Assembly: GCA_963720755.1 (NCBI GenBank)
Contig: CAVRGP010000002.1
Coordinates: forward strand, 64,001 to 128,000
DNA from: an uncultured Chloroflexia bacterium
Lineage (GTDB): Bacteria; Chloroflexota; Limnocylindria; Limnocylindrales; CSP1-4
Direction of reading: 5' to 3'
DNA length: 64,000 bases
Under the pieces are notes generated by a model. It was given only the letters and a program-made list of their open reading frames with translations. It did not search any database and was not told the DNA's origin. A program made the translations under genes and the position numbers. Shown here one piece after another: positions 1 to 10,117 of this stretch; positions within the stretch are counted from its first letter, which is position 1, and each line of letters starts with the position of its first letter.

Positions 1-247
1 TGACGCCCGTGGCGTTGCCGAGGATGACGGCTCCGACCGTCTCCTCCTCGAGGTTGAGAGCCATGCCCATCAACCCGCCCGGGAACTCGAGCAGCTCGGA
101 CGCGAGCGCGCCGGACAACCCGTAGATCTGGGCGATCCCGTCGCCGACTTCGACGACGGTCCCGACGCTGCGGGTCTCCACGCCGGAGTCGAACGAATCG
201 ATCGCCGACTTGATGATGCTGGTGATCTCGTCAGAACGAATGGCCAT
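1..247 (-). CDS. atpA: F1 ATP synthase subunit alpha (5' part, runs off window)
   Basis: Manual translation from ATG 247: [13 protein letters not shown]...[16 protein letters not shown]...[16 protein letters not shown]; follows atpH. Confidence 0.97.
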   Translation of the reverse strand, partial: MAIRSDEITSIIKSAIDSFDSGVETRSVGTVVEVGDGIAQIYGLSGALASELLEFPGGLMGMALNLEEETVGAVILGNATGV

Positions 248-261
248 CGGTATCAGATCTC

Positions 262-807
262 CTAGAGGGCGCCCGAAACGAGCTGGTTCCGCAGTCGCTC
301 GAGGCGGCCTCGGACGCTACCGTCGATCATGCGGTCGCCGACTCGAACGACCAGGCCACCCAGCAGGCTGGGATCGACCTGAACGTCAAGTTCGACGCGA
401 CCGCCGGTGAGTTGCTCCATCCGCCCGGTGAGGGCCTGGACTTCATCCTGGGTCAGCGGGGCGGCGCTGGTGGCGGTTGCGAGGGTGATGCCCTGACGGG
501 CGTTGTCGAGACGACGGAATTCCGCCGCCACGCGCGGAAGTTGATCGATCCGGCCGCGCCGCAGCATCAACCCGATCAGGTTGAGCGCGGGCCGGCCCAC
601 GACCTTGCCGAACGTGGCGTCGGCCATCGCCGTTCGCGTCTCGAGCGGGATCGCAGGATTACCGAGCATCCGTCCGAGGCGCTCGTCCGAGGCGATCTCC
701 CCGGCCGCATCGAGCTCGGCTCTCCACGTCACGACCGTGTCGTCACGCAAGGCGACCTCGAAGGCAGCCTCGGCGTACCGGCGGGCGGCGGTGTCGCGGG
801 CAGCCAT
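262..807 (-). CDS. atpH: ATP synthase subunit delta
   Basis: ARRYAEA N-terminus, [23 protein letters not shown]-terminus; operon position. Confidence 0.97.
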   Translation of the reverse strand: MAARDTAARRYAEAAFEVALRDDTVVTWRAELDAAGEIASDERLGRMLGNPAIPLETRTAMADATFGKVVGRPALNLIGLMLRRGRIDQLPRVAAEFRRLDNARQGITLATATSAAPLTQDEVQALTGRMEQLTGGRVELDVQVDPSLLGGLVVRVGDRMIDGSVRGRLERLRNQLVSGAL

Positions 808-820
808 CAGTCGATCACCA

Positions 821-1387
821 TCAGTTGTCGGCTCGACCCACGCCGGAGGTGGTCAGGAACTCCTCCACGATCCGGCGCTGTCGATCGTCCGACATCGTCT
901 CGCCGACGACCTTGCCGGCCGCGAGCAGGGCGAGGTCGGCGACCTCGGCTCGGACCTCGGCCAGTGCCCGGACCTTCTCTGCCTCGATCTCCGAGGCAGC
1001 TCGGACGCGCAGGCGCTCGAGCTCTTCCCGGGTCGCCGCGATATCGGCGTCACGCGTCTCCTGGGCCACCTTCTGGGCGCGGCTCAGGATCTCATTCGCT
1101 TCTCGCCGTGCCTCGGCCAGCGTCGCCACGCGCTCGGACTCACCACTCTCGCGATCGCGCCGGGCCTGCTCCGCATCCTTCAGACCCTGCTCGATCCGCG
1201 AGCTTCGGTCGGACAGCATCGTCGAAACGGGCTTGAACGCGAATCTCCAGATGATCGCGAAGAAGAGGATGAAGTTGAGCGCGCTGACGATCACCCAGAA
1301 CAGGTTGATCTGGAACAGCGCCTCGCCTTCAGCGGCGAGCTGTGCGGCTTGGCGGCCCGTCGCTGCGGCGACGGCCAGGATGTCCAC
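821..1387 (-). CDS. atpF: ATP synthase Fo subunit b
   Basis: Single N-terminal TM (NFILFFAIIWRFAFKP) then charged coiled coil. Confidence 0.95.
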   Translation of the reverse strand: MDILAVAAATGRQAAQLAAEGEALFQINLFWVIVSALNFILFFAIIWRFAFKPVSTMLSDRSSRIEQGLKDAEQARRDRESGESERVATLAEARREANEILSRAQKVAQETRDADIAATREELERLRVRAASEIEAEKVRALAEVRAEVADLALLAAGKVVGETMSDDRQRRIVEEFLTTSGVGRADN

Positions 1388-1393
1388 CGTCGG

Positions 1394-1606
1394 CTACTTG
1401 ATGAAGATGGCGAGCAGTCCGACGACGATCGCCAGAACGCCGAGGCCTTCTGCGAACGCGGCGAGGATGATCGCGATGCCGCGGATCTGGGCCGCCGCGT
1501 CAGGATTGCGGCCGATCGCCGCGGCCGACATGCCGCCGAGGATGCCGATGCCGATGCCGGGGCCGAAGACCCCGAGTGCGGCGATTCCGGCGCCGATGTG
1601 CTCCAT
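1394..1606 (-). CDS. atpE: ATP synthase Fo subunit c
   Basis: ATG 1606 with SD GGAGG; GxGxG motif, GRNP loop, ion-binding Glu in AFAEGLG. Confidence 0.96.
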   Translation of the reverse strand: MEHIGAGIAALGVFGPGIGIGILGGMSAAAIGRNPDAAAQIRGIAIILAAFAEGLGVLAIVVGLLAIFIK

Positions 1607-1683
1607 ATCGTCGTTTCCTCCTATGTCCGGGGCGACTCGCCCCGGATCTGTTTGGACCTTGCCTACCTGCGCGTTCGCGCGGA

Positions 1684-2724
1684 TCAGTTGGCGGGCTGGA
1701 GTCCGGATGACTCCGACCCGTGGGGATGACCGAGAGCTTCCTCCGCGAGGTCGCCCTCCTCGTGTCCATGGCTCTCGATCGCCAGGACGATGAACATGAG
1801 TGTCAGGATGCTGAAGATGAGCGCCTGGATCGCGTTGAGCATGAGCTCCAGGCCGAGCAGGCCGACCGGGATGAACGCGATCGTGAGGGCGGTGATGACG
1901 CCGAGCGCGACCTCGCCGCCGTAGATGTTGCCGAAGAGTCGCATCGACAGCGTGACCGGCTTGACGAATTCGAGCATGAGTTCCACCAGGCCGACGAACA
2001 GCGCGAGCCCGCCGGCGATGATCCCGTTTCGGAACTCGTAGAGCGGGAAGAACTTGCCGGCGTAGCCGCGAACCCCGAGCCGTCGGAAGCCCTCGAACTC
2101 GAAGTACGCGAAGCTCACCAGGGCGAGACCGATCGTGATGTTGACGTCGCTGGTCGGCGCGCGCAGCTCCTCGATCTTGCCGACCGGCGGGATGAGCCCG
2201 CTCCAGTTGCAGAACAGGATGAGGATGAAGAAGCCGATGAACAGCGGGACGTACGGCCGCCCGGCGGGGCCGGTGATCCCGATCCCGAAGTCGCTCATGA
2301 ATTCGTAGAACCACTCGAACACGTTCTGGGCGCGACCGGGGATCAACCTGGACCCACGGACCATCAGGATCGCTCCGATCAGGACGACGGCCATGACGAT
2401 CCACATGGTCAGGATCGTCGAGCTGATGCTCGGGTAGAAGACGATCAGCTCGCTCGCGGGCGGCGGTGTGGACCCGTCCGGTGCCCACACGACGTGGGGG
2501 GCGGGAAACTCCAGCGTCCCGTTGATGTAACAGACCGGGAAGTCACACGCATCGCCGGGCTGGCCGCCCTTGGGGAACGGCGGGACCAGGATGAACGCGA
2601 CGAGGTTGAAGACGATGATCCCGCCGATGAGCAGGAACCAGCGCGAGGACAGACCGCGACCCGACGCGGATCGCGGGGCTGGGGCCTCGGTGGTGTCCGG
2701 GGTCTCGACCTGCTCGCTCGACAC
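1684..2724 (-). CDS. atpB: ATP synthase Fo subunit a
   Basis: PT(S)DVN, KPVTLSMRLFGNIYGGE, IQALIF motifs; start uncertain (2724-2739). Confidence 0.96.
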   Translation of the reverse strand: MSSEQVETPDTTEAPAPRSASGRGLSSRWFLLIGGIIVFNLVAFILVPPFPKGGQPGDACDFPVCYINGTLEFPAPHVVWAPDGSTPPPASELIVFYPSISSTILTMWIVMAVVLIGAILMVRGSRLIPGRAQNVFEWFYEFMSDFGIGITGPAGRPYVPLFIGFFILILFCNWSGLIPPVGKIEELRAPTSDVNITIGLALVSFAYFEFEGFRRLGVRGYAGKFFPLYEFRNGIIAGGLALFVGLVELMLEFVKPVTLSMRLFGNIYGGEVALGVITALTIAFIPVGLLGLELMLNAIQALIFSILTLMFIVLAIESHGHEEGDLAEEALGHPHGSESSGLQPAN

Positions 2725-2784
2725 TATCGCTCCACACACAGGAGCGCGGCTTCGTGCCGCGCTCGGATCCTCCCTCGCCGGTCC

Positions 2785-3018
2785 TCACCCGCCCGGCTGA
2801 TCGAACGTCTTCAGGAACCGGCTGATCAACCTGGCGATCATCAGGGTCCCGGCCCCTGCGCCAGCCAGAAAGCCGACGATCAGAAAGATGGGAAGGGTGC
2901 CAAGTTGCTTGTCCACCCAGTACCCGACGAACACGCCGATCAGTGTCGTGACCAGGAGTGAGACGCCGATCTCCGAGAAGAGGACGATGTATCCCCAGCC
3001 TCGGCCGGGCTCGATCAT
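2785..3018 (-). CDS. AtpZ/AtpI-family membrane protein
   Basis: Two TMs with GYWVDKQLGTLP motif; first gene of atp operon. Confidence 0.88.
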   Translation of the reverse strand: MIEPGRGWGYIVLFSEIGVSLLVTTLIGVFVGYWVDKQLGTLPIFLIVGFLAGAGAGTLMIARLISRFLKTFDQPGG

Positions 3019-3041
3019 GGGCAACCTGACACGGCCGCGGC

Positions 3042-3050
3042 AGTATAGCA
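3042..3050 (-). promoter_or_regulatory. Extended -10 promoter of atp operon (TGnTATACT)
   Basis: TGCTATACT on minus strand just upstream of atpZ/I. Confidence 0.6.
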
Positions 3051-3093
3051 GCTGCCACTGCCGCGGCAGGTCCGTCGAGGCAGGATCCCGACC

Positions 3094-4689
3094 TCAGCGA
3101 AGCACGAGGAAGGCGTCGAGGTCGATACGACCGCCGCCGATCGGACGGAGTTCGATCGTATGGGTCGCGAGCGACGCGAAGTGGTGCCTGAAGACGACCT
3201 TCCGGAAGTGGCTGGAGGCGGCGTGAAGGTCGATCGTGCCGGCAAGCGTCCCGTCGATCCAGACCTGCGCCCGGCCGCTGTGGGCCGTCTTCGTGGCCAC
3301 CCAGGCGACCTCACGCATCGACGCTGTCAGGGCGACCCGGGCGCTGGTCGATGCGCTATAGGCGTGGGTGCCCAGCGCACGGGCATCCTTCTTCGTCGTC
3401 CACGATCCGGAACGATGGACAGCGGCAGACGAGTCCTGGTATCTGGTCACCTTGAATGTCGGCCCGTACGTATAGGTACTCACGTTCCCTTCCCGGTCCG
3501 TGGAGCGCACCCGGAATCGGTACGTCCGGCCGTTGCGCAGCGTCTGATCGATCGACGTCGACGTCGCCCGCGCCAGATGGATCGTGGACCACGCTCCGCC
3601 CGCCGCCTGGACCTGGACCTTGTAGCCGGTGATGCCGGTGCCACCCGGGTCGGTCGCGGACCAGGAGAGATGGACCTTGGTGGTACTGGACCCTTCGGTC
3701 TGGCCCGGGATCGTCGCGACCGGGGCAACGACGATCGGCGCGACGACATCCTTCTGGACCGTGACGAGGACCGTCGCGGTATCCGTGCCGCCGTGTCCAT
3801 CGCTGATCGTGTACGTGAAGGCGTCCGTCCCGTGGAACAACTGGACCGGGTCATAGGTCAGGCCCGTGCCACCGCCGGTGATCGCCACCGTGCCATGGGC
3901 GCCGCTGGTCTTGCCCGTGATCGTCAGCGTATCGCCGTCTGCATCGGTGTCGTTGGCAAGGACATCGAGGCCCGTCGGTCCCGCGCTCTCGGGCACGGTC
4001 AGTCCGGCATCGTTGGCGGCGTTCGGGGCAACGTTCGGCACGATCGTGACCGTGACGGTGCCCGTCGCCGACCCGCCGTTCCCGTCCGAGATCGTGTAGG
4101 TGAAGCTGTCGTCGACAGACACGCCGGGGTCGGGCTGGTAGGTCAGGCCGGTCCCGCCGCCGGTGATGACGACCGTTCCGGTGGCGCCATCGGTCGCGTC
4201 GGTGATCGTGAGGCTGTCGCCATCGACATCGGTGTCGTTGGCCAGCACGTCGACAGCGGTCGGCGGAGCATCCTGGCTCGTCTCGAGATGATCGTCGGCG
4301 GCGACCGGCGGGCTGTTCACGATCACCGTCACCGTCGCGGTCGAGCTGCCCGCCGTGCTGTCCTCGATGGTGTAGTCGAAGGTATCGATCCCGTGGAAGG
4401 CGGCGTCCGGCTGGTAGTCGATCGCGTCGCCGTTGACCGTCGCCGTGCCGTTGGCCGGAACGGTCACATCGGTGATGGTCAGGGTGTCACCGACATCGGG
4501 GTCGCTGTCGTTGGCGAGCACGTCGAGGCTCGTCGTCGATGCATCGACGGGCACGGTGAAGCTGTCGTCAACGGCGATCGGATCGGAGGCGAGGGCGACC
4601 GCGGGGGCGAGGCTCGCGAGCATCGCCCCGACGATGAATGCAGCGACCAGCGGTCGGATGGGTCGGATCGGACGCCTAGCACGGGACAT
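3094..4689 (-). CDS. Secreted protein with three Ig-like (tandem-95/cadherin-like) repeats, FnIII-like domain and basic C-terminal beta domain
   Basis: Signal peptide (…PAVALA); three ~95-aa repeats sharing DVLANDxDxDGDxLTIT and FxYTIxD; TYRFRVR FnIII-like strand. Confidence 0.85.
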   Translation of the reverse strand: MSRARRPIRPIRPLVAAFIVGAMLASLAPAVALASDPIAVDDSFTVPVDASTTSLDVLANDSDPDVGDTLTITDVTVPANGTATVNGDAIDYQPDAAFHGIDTFDYTIEDSTAGSSTATVTVIVNSPPVAADDHLETSQDAPPTAVDVLANDTDVDGDSLTITDATDGATGTVVITGGGTGLTYQPDPGVSVDDSFTYTISDGNGGSATGTVTVTIVPNVAPNAANDAGLTVPESAGPTGLDVLANDTDADGDTLTITGKTSGAHGTVAITGGGTGLTYDPVQLFHGTDAFTYTISDGHGGTDTATVLVTVQKDVVAPIVVAPVATIPGQTEGSSTTKVHLSWSATDPGGTGITGYKVQVQAAGGAWSTIHLARATSTSIDQTLRNGRTYRFRVRSTDREGNVSTYTYGPTFKVTRYQDSSAAVHRSGSWTTKKDARALGTHAYSASTSARVALTASMREVAWVATKTAHSGRAQVWIDGTLAGTIDLHAASSHFRKVVFRHHFASLATHTIELRPIGGGRIDLDAFLVLR

Positions 4690-5584
4690 TGATCACCTTC
4701 GATGCGAAGTCGGTTCCGCCTGGGCCGGTGACCGTCAGGATCACCGTGTAGGTGCCGTCAGCGGCATAGGAATGGTTGGCGACCTTGGTGTCAGCGGAGC
4801 CGCCGTCGAAGTCCCAGTGCCACGCGGTCGCGTGGCTCGAGGCTGAAGCGTCGAACGTGATCGCCACATCTGGATCCGCACACGAGGCAGACACGTCGAT
4901 GACGGCGGTCGGCGCCGGAGCCGCCGTCGGTTTGGGGGTCGGCCGTCGGGTCGGCTTCGGTGTGGGGCGTGGCGTCGGTGGCCGGGTGGCGGCCGTGATC
5001 TTCACGGACGTCCTGTGGGTCGGCTTCGGCTTCGGCTTGGCGGTGGCTTTCGGCGTCGGAACCGGAGTCGGGCTCGCGGTGGCCTGGGCCGCCAGCGCGA
5101 TCGGGCTCGCCGTCGAGGACACGGCGACTGCTGCTGCCCTCGTCTCGTCGGGCCGTCCGTTCGACCACAGCGCGAGCGAGACCAGCCCGACGACGGCGAT
5201 GGCGATGAGAACGAAACCCGTGTCACGGATCATCCGACGGCGACGCTCGGGGGCCAGGCCCGTCGGTGGTGTCCGCGCCGGGGAATCAGGGGACCGCGCC
5301 CGCTGGTTCGGCGCCGGTGCGGTCGGTGGCGCTGGTGCGTCGACGGGTCGGGATACGGGCGGCAGAGGCGGGAAACCTGCGATCGCGATCGCAGGTTCGT
5401 CGGGTGCCTCGGGGGCCACCAGCGCCCACGGCGTGGCCTCGGGGGCAGGCACGTTGGGCGCGCCGATGCGCTGCGCGATCGTGTCCGGACCGAGCGCCGG
5501 CACATCCGTCGGAGGCACCACGAGCTGCGCTGGTCGGCGGCGCAACCGGTGGACGATGTCTGGAAGGTTCGTTCCCTGGTTCAT
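4676..5584 (-). CDS. Bitopic membrane protein with Pro/Thr/Lys-rich linker and C-terminal PKD domain
   Basis: One TM; C-terminal ITFDASAS...WHWDFDGG...HSYAADGTYTVILTVTGPGG PKD signature. Confidence 0.85.
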   Translation of the reverse strand: MNQGTNLPDIVHRLRRRPAQLVVPPTDVPALGPDTIAQRIGAPNVPAPEATPWALVAPEAPDEPAIAIAGFPPLPPVSRPVDAPAPPTAPAPNQRARSPDSPARTPPTGLAPERRRRMIRDTGFVLIAIAVVGLVSLALWSNGRPDETRAAAVAVSSTASPIALAAQATASPTPVPTPKATAKPKPKPTHRTSVKITAATRPPTPRPTPKPTRRPTPKPTAAPAPTAVIDVSASCADPDVAITFDASASSHATAWHWDFDGGSADTKVANHSYAADGTYTVILTVTGPGGTDFASKVINVPC

Positions 5585-5714
5585 CGGGTCCCTGGAGGTT
5601 CGCCGCTGACGCCGCGGCCGGCCGCGATGCTACCACCGGGCGAACGGATCCCATATCAGGCGAACGTCCTACCGGACCTATCCCTTCCGCCGCTGGACGC
5701 GATCACTCCGTTGG

Positions 5715-6707
5715 TCACGGAGCCGTGGATGGGACGGCGATCGATGGCAGCTCGAGACCGGCACTGGCTGCCAGCGCCCGGGAGGCGGCGTCGATCGTGC
5801 CAAGACCGGCCACCGCCTTGAGCATCGCCTTGGCGGTCGAACGATATGCAGCCAGGTCGGACAACGGAGCATGCAGCCCGTCGCGAGCGGTCGATGCGAT
5901 CGTCGAATAGAAGTTGGCAAGCCCGGTCTGAACCGTGGACGCCGCCGTCCACGGCGCCATCCTGCTGGTCAGGTCGATCCCGGCCGCGGCATCGGCGGCC
6001 AAGACGCGCAGTGCCTTGGCCAGATCGGAAGCACTGAGCCCCTTCCTGGCCAGCGTCGTCCGCAGGTTCGTACCGTCGGCCGCGATCCGGCCGTTGATCA
6101 CGGCCGTTCCGCGCAGCGCGGCCACGGCCGACGCTGGCGGCACCGGCACCACGATGGTCTCGGAGGGGGTCGCCGACGCGTCGGGCGTGCCTGACCCCAG
6201 CGACGAACTGGGGGTGCTCGCCGCGAGCACATCGCCGGACTGCTGGCCCGAGGAGATGCTCGACCAGACGACGAGAGCAATGACCCCGATGGCGGCGACG
6301 CCGACGATCGCGAACCCGCTCGCGCGCCCGAGCTGCCGCCTGGATCGCGATCGGTACGCGGTGGTGGGCGGCCGTTCGTCGCTGGGCCGGACCGGCATTG
6401 CGACAACAGGTGGGGTAGTCGCATCGGCATGGGCATGCCCGCTCCACGCGATCGGCTGGCCACCGATGATGACGATGCCTGGCTCCCCGTCGGTGTCCGG
6501 GACCGGCCCATCCGCCGCTGGCGATTCAGGGGTCGCCGCTTCTTCGACGACCCGATCGGGCGACCTCCGGATGCGGCCTCGGAGTGGGGCCATCGACGGA
6601 GCCCGAACCCCTAGTGTTCGGAGGGCCTTGGCGAATCCGACGACCATCAAGCCGATCAGGAGCACGGCGATGATGGCGACGATCGCGACGATCAATTCCT
6701 GAGACAC
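5715..6707 (-). CDS. Hypothetical membrane protein (two TMs, helical C-terminal domain)
   Basis: GTG 6707 precedes hydrophobic N-terminus; second TM mid-protein; GC-rich codon pattern. Confidence 0.65.
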   Translation of the reverse strand: MSQELIVAIVAIIAVLLIGLMVVGFAKALRTLGVRAPSMAPLRGRIRRSPDRVVEEAATPESPAADGPVPDTDGEPGIVIIGGQPIAWSGHAHADATTPPVVAMPVRPSDERPPTTAYRSRSRRQLGRASGFAIVGVAAIGVIALVVWSSISSGQQSGDVLAASTPSSSLGSGTPDASATPSETIVVPVPPASAVAALRGTAVINGRIAADGTNLRTTLARKGLSASDLAKALRVLAADAAAGIDLTSRMAPWTAASTVQTGLANFYSTIASTARDGLHAPLSDLAAYRSTAKAMLKAVAGLGTIDAASRALAASAGLELPSIAVPSTAP

Positions 6708-6811
6708 GGCTACCCTGCCTGCCTGTTCCGCCGATGGTCGGTATCCACCCTGGAGATCGCCACGCCTCGATGCTAGCATCACCCGGTGGGCCGACCAACG
6801 AGGGCGATGCC

Positions 6812-7933
6812 CTATCCGGCTTGGTCGGTGTCCGGTTCGTAGGCTTCGGCTTCGAGCTCGTCGGGCCGGCTGAACGTGCCTCGGGTCGGCAGGAACAGCA
6901 CGAGCCCGGATGCGACGAAGATCCCCAGGAATGCATACAGCTGGGTCACGCCCGACAGGAGCAGGGAGAGCAGCGCCAGTCCGAGGCAGATCCCGTAGAT
7001 CACCAGGACCGTCTGGCGATGCGACAGACCAAGGTCCAGCAGGCGGTGGTGGATGTGGGACCGGTCCGGGGTGAACGGCGATCGACCCTGCGACACCCGC
7101 CGGACGATGATCCAGAACGTATCGATGATCGGCACCCCAAGGACGAGCAGGGCGACTGCGACCTTGGCCGTCCCGAGGATGGCCAGGACGGCAAGCGTGA
7201 AGCCGACGAACTGGACCCCGCTCGTCCCGGTGAAGATCGAGGCCGGATTGAAGTTCCAGCGGAGGAACCCGAGCAGCGACCCGGCCAGGACGAAGCACAG
7301 GATCGCGATGAGCGGCTGCGCGACCTGGGTGGTCAGACTGATCATCCCGAGGGTGACCGCCGCGATGAGGGCGATCCCGGTCGACAGCCCATCAAGTCCA
7401 TCGATCCAGTTGATGCTGTTGATCATCCCGACGATCCAGAAGACCGTCAGACCGGCGGCGAACACGCCATCGAACCGGATCGTGCCGGGCCCGATCGGGT
7501 TGGCCACGAAGTCGATGGATATCCCCAGGAAGACGGCACCGACAGCCAGGATGACCTGACCGATCAGCTGCGCTCGGGCTCGCAGATCGAGCAGGTCGTC
7601 GATGGCGCCAAGACCGGCGGCGACGGCACCGCCCAACAGGAGCGCGATGACCTCGGACGCACCGAGCGAGAACGGGATCGCGACGACGCCGCGCGATCGT
7701 TCGACGAACAGGAAGGCACTGGCCACGACCAGGAACGCGGCGCAGACGGCCAGCCCGCCACCACGCGGGACCGGGATGGTATTGACGCGGCGAGCTTCGG
7801 GACGATCGAGGACCTCGTAGCGGAGCATGATCCGGCGGACCACCGGTGTGAGGACGAGCGCCAGCAGCGCGGCAGCCGCGAACAGGACGACGATCGGCCC
7901 CAGGACGGCGTCGAGCCGCGAGACGAAGTTCAT
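6812..7933 (-). CDS. MraY/WecA/TagO-family polyprenyl-phosphate HexNAc-1-phosphate transferase
   Basis: PRGGGLA, GAIDD, NSINWIDGLDGL, NFNPASIF, DRSHIHHRL motifs. Confidence 0.93.
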   Translation of the reverse strand: MNFVSRLDAVLGPIVVLFAAAALLALVLTPVVRRIMLRYEVLDRPEARRVNTIPVPRGGGLAVCAAFLVVASAFLFVERSRGVVAIPFSLGASEVIALLLGGAVAAGLGAIDDLLDLRARAQLIGQVILAVGAVFLGISIDFVANPIGPGTIRFDGVFAAGLTVFWIVGMINSINWIDGLDGLSTGIALIAAVTLGMISLTTQVAQPLIAILCFVLAGSLLGFLRWNFNPASIFTGTSGVQFVGFTLAVLAILGTAKVAVALLVLGVPIIDTFWIIVRRVSQGRSPFTPDRSHIHHRLLDLGLSHRQTVLVIYGICLGLALLSLLLSGVTQLYAFLGIFVASGLVLFLPTRGTFSRPDELEAEAYEPDTDQAG

Positions 7934-8006
7934 CGGACCCAGAGCCGACACGGTCTGACCGACGTCACCGGATGAGGTCGCGCTGACGGGCGTCCGTGGA
8001 CCAGGA

Positions 8007-9350
8007 TCACGCCGGCGGCAGGCCCGGGACCGGGAACCGGCTCACGATCTCGCGAACCTCGGCAGCCAGGCTGGCGTGGCTGGCCGAGTCATCGCGGGTC
8101 CGGATGGCATCGACGATGATCCGTCCGACCGTCCGCATCTCCTCGGGCCCGAAACCGCGGGAGGTCGTGGCCGGCGTGCCGATCCGGACCCCCGATGCGG
8201 TGTTGGGGGGCAGCGTGTCGAATGGGATCGCGTTCTTGTTGACGGTGATGCCGATCTCATCGAGGAGGTGCTCGGCCTCCTTGCCGGTGACGCCGAGCGG
8301 CGTGACGTCGACCAGCAACAGATGGTTGTCGGTCCCGCCCGACACGACCCGGGCCCCGAGTCCCGACAGCGTCTCGGCCATGACGGTGGCGTTCGCGATC
8401 GTTCGCTGCTGGTCGATCCGGAAGGCCTCACCGGCAGCCAGCTTGAAGGCGACCGCCTTGCCGGCGATGACGTGCATGAGCGGCCCACCCTGGATGCCCG
8501 GGAACACCGTCCGGTCCACAGAGGCCGCGAGGGCCCCGTCGGCGGCGCCGTTCTTGATCGCAGGGAACGCAGCCGGGTCCAGCCCGTCGCGCAGGGTCCG
8601 GCGCGTGAACACCATCCCGCCTCGCGGGCCTCGGAGGGTCTTGTGCGTGGTCGTGGTCACCAGGTCCGCGATCGGGAATGGGCTGGGGTGGACACCGGCC
8701 GCGACCAGGCCCGCGATGTGGGCCATGTCGATGAACAGGAATGCCCCGACATCCGCCGCGATCTCAGCCATCCGCTCGAAGTCCCACAGGCGGGGATAGG
8801 CCGACGCCCCGCCGACGATGAGCTTCGGGCGAACCTCGCGGGCCTGGGCCGCCATCGCGTCGTAGTCGATCTGCTCCGTGTCGCGCCGAACGCCGTAGGC
8901 GTGGACCTCGTACAGGCGACCGCTGAAGTTGAGGGCCATCCCGTGGGTCAGATGGCCGCCGTGGGCGAGGTTCATGCCCATGATCCGGTCGCCGGGCTGC
9001 AGCACGCTGAAGTAAGCCGCCATGTTGGCCTGGGCGCCGGAGTGCGGTTGCACATTGACATGCTCGGACCCGGGATAGAGCGCCAGGGCGCGTTCCTGGG
9101 CGAGGCGCTCGGCGACGTCCACGTACTCGCAGCCGCCGTAGTAGCGCTTGCCCGGCAGGCCCTCGGCGTACTTGTTGGTCAGCCAGGATCCCTGCGCCTC
9201 CATCACCGCCGCCGACACGTAGTTCTCGCTGGCGATCAACTCGATCTTGTCGTGCTGGCGACGGCGCTCGGCGAGCATCGCCTCCCAGAGGACCGGGTCG
9301 ACCTCCGAGATCGGTTCGAGCGCCAGGCCCGATGGTGGCGAGATGGTCAT
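8007..9350 (-). CDS. glyA: Serine hydroxymethyltransferase
   Basis: [34 protein letters not shown] (PLP Lys), FPGIQGGP. Confidence 0.98.
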   Translation of the reverse strand: MTISPPSGLALEPISEVDPVLWEAMLAERRRQHDKIELIASENYVSAAVMEAQGSWLTNKYAEGLPGKRYYGGCEYVDVAERLAQERALALYPGSEHVNVQPHSGAQANMAAYFSVLQPGDRIMGMNLAHGGHLTHGMALNFSGRLYEVHAYGVRRDTEQIDYDAMAAQAREVRPKLIVGGASAYPRLWDFERMAEIAADVGAFLFIDMAHIAGLVAAGVHPSPFPIADLVTTTTHKTLRGPRGGMVFTRRTLRDGLDPAAFPAIKNGAADGALAASVDRTVFPGIQGGPLMHVIAGKAVAFKLAAGEAFRIDQQRTIANATVMAETLSGLGARVVSGGTDNHLLLVDVTPLGVTGKEAEHLLDEIGITVNKNAIPFDTLPPNTASGVRIGTPATTSRGFGPEEMRTVGRIIVDAIRTRDDSASHASLAAEVREIVSRFPVPGLPPA

Positions 9351-9472
9351 CCTGTCGCCGCTCCTCCCAAGCCTGCGCGCCCGCCGGCCATGACCGGGAC
9401 GGCGCGTCCGCACCGGTGCCGTTTGCGCGTCGGGCTATCTTCCCACGAACCGGGTGGCCGACACGTCGCCGA

Positions 9473-10117
9473 TCAGAGATCGTGATCCACGCCGGCCCGC
9501 TCCAGGACGTCGACGATCGTCGCCAGCGCGACGGCCCCGGGACGAAGGATCCTGGGCCGCTCGCCCGTGCAATCGATGACCGTGGATGCCGGACCGCCAT
9601 GGGCCATCCCGCCATCGAGGACGAGATCGACGGCGGCGCCGAGCTGGTCGACGATCGACGCCGCATCCGGTGCTTCGGGGAACCCGGACCGGTTTGCCGA
9701 GGTCGTCGGCAGCGGTCCGATCCCAAGAGCGAGCGCCACCGGGGCAGGATGATCGGGCAGGCGCAGGCCAACTGTCGCGGCGCCCCCGGTCAGGGCAGCC
9801 GGGAGGTCGATCCCGGCCCGCTGCGGCACGACGAGGGTCAGCCCGCCAGGCCAGCAGGCGGCCGCGAGCGCTGCGGCCGCCGGTCCCATCTCCCCGATGG
9901 AGGCCGCCTGCGCCGCCGACGCCACGAGCAAGGTGATGCCGCGATCGGGTGGCCGATCCTTGGCCCGGAACAGACGCTCGATGCCGTTCGGGGTGTCCAG
10001 GGCGACCGCGATCCCGTAGACGGTGTCGGTCGGGAGCGCCACGAGTCCGCCGGCGCGCAAGGTCGTGACGGCCTCTCCACGGCCGGCTTCGTCATCGGCG
10101 ATGACCCGGATCGTCAC
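9473..10117 (-). CDS. tsaC: L-threonylcarbamoyladenylate synthase (YrdC/Sua5)
   Basis: LPTDTVYG, AKDRP, WPGGLT, TTSANRSG, PASTVID. Confidence 0.93.
   Translation of the reverse strand: MTIRVIADDEAGRGEAVTTLRAGGLVALPTDTVYGIAVALDTPNGIERLFRAKDRPPDRGITLLVASAAQAASIGEMGPAAAALAAACWPGGLTLVVPQRAGIDLPAALTGGAATVGLRLPDHPAPVALALGIGPLPTTSANRSGFPEAPDAASIVDQLGAAVDLVLDGGMAHGGPASTVIDCTGERPRILRPGAVALATIVDVLERAGVDHDL

Noticed and set aside
9351-9472. ZTP, THF or glycine riboswitch upstream of glyA
   Set aside because: Conserved sequence blocks of these aptamers were not recognisable
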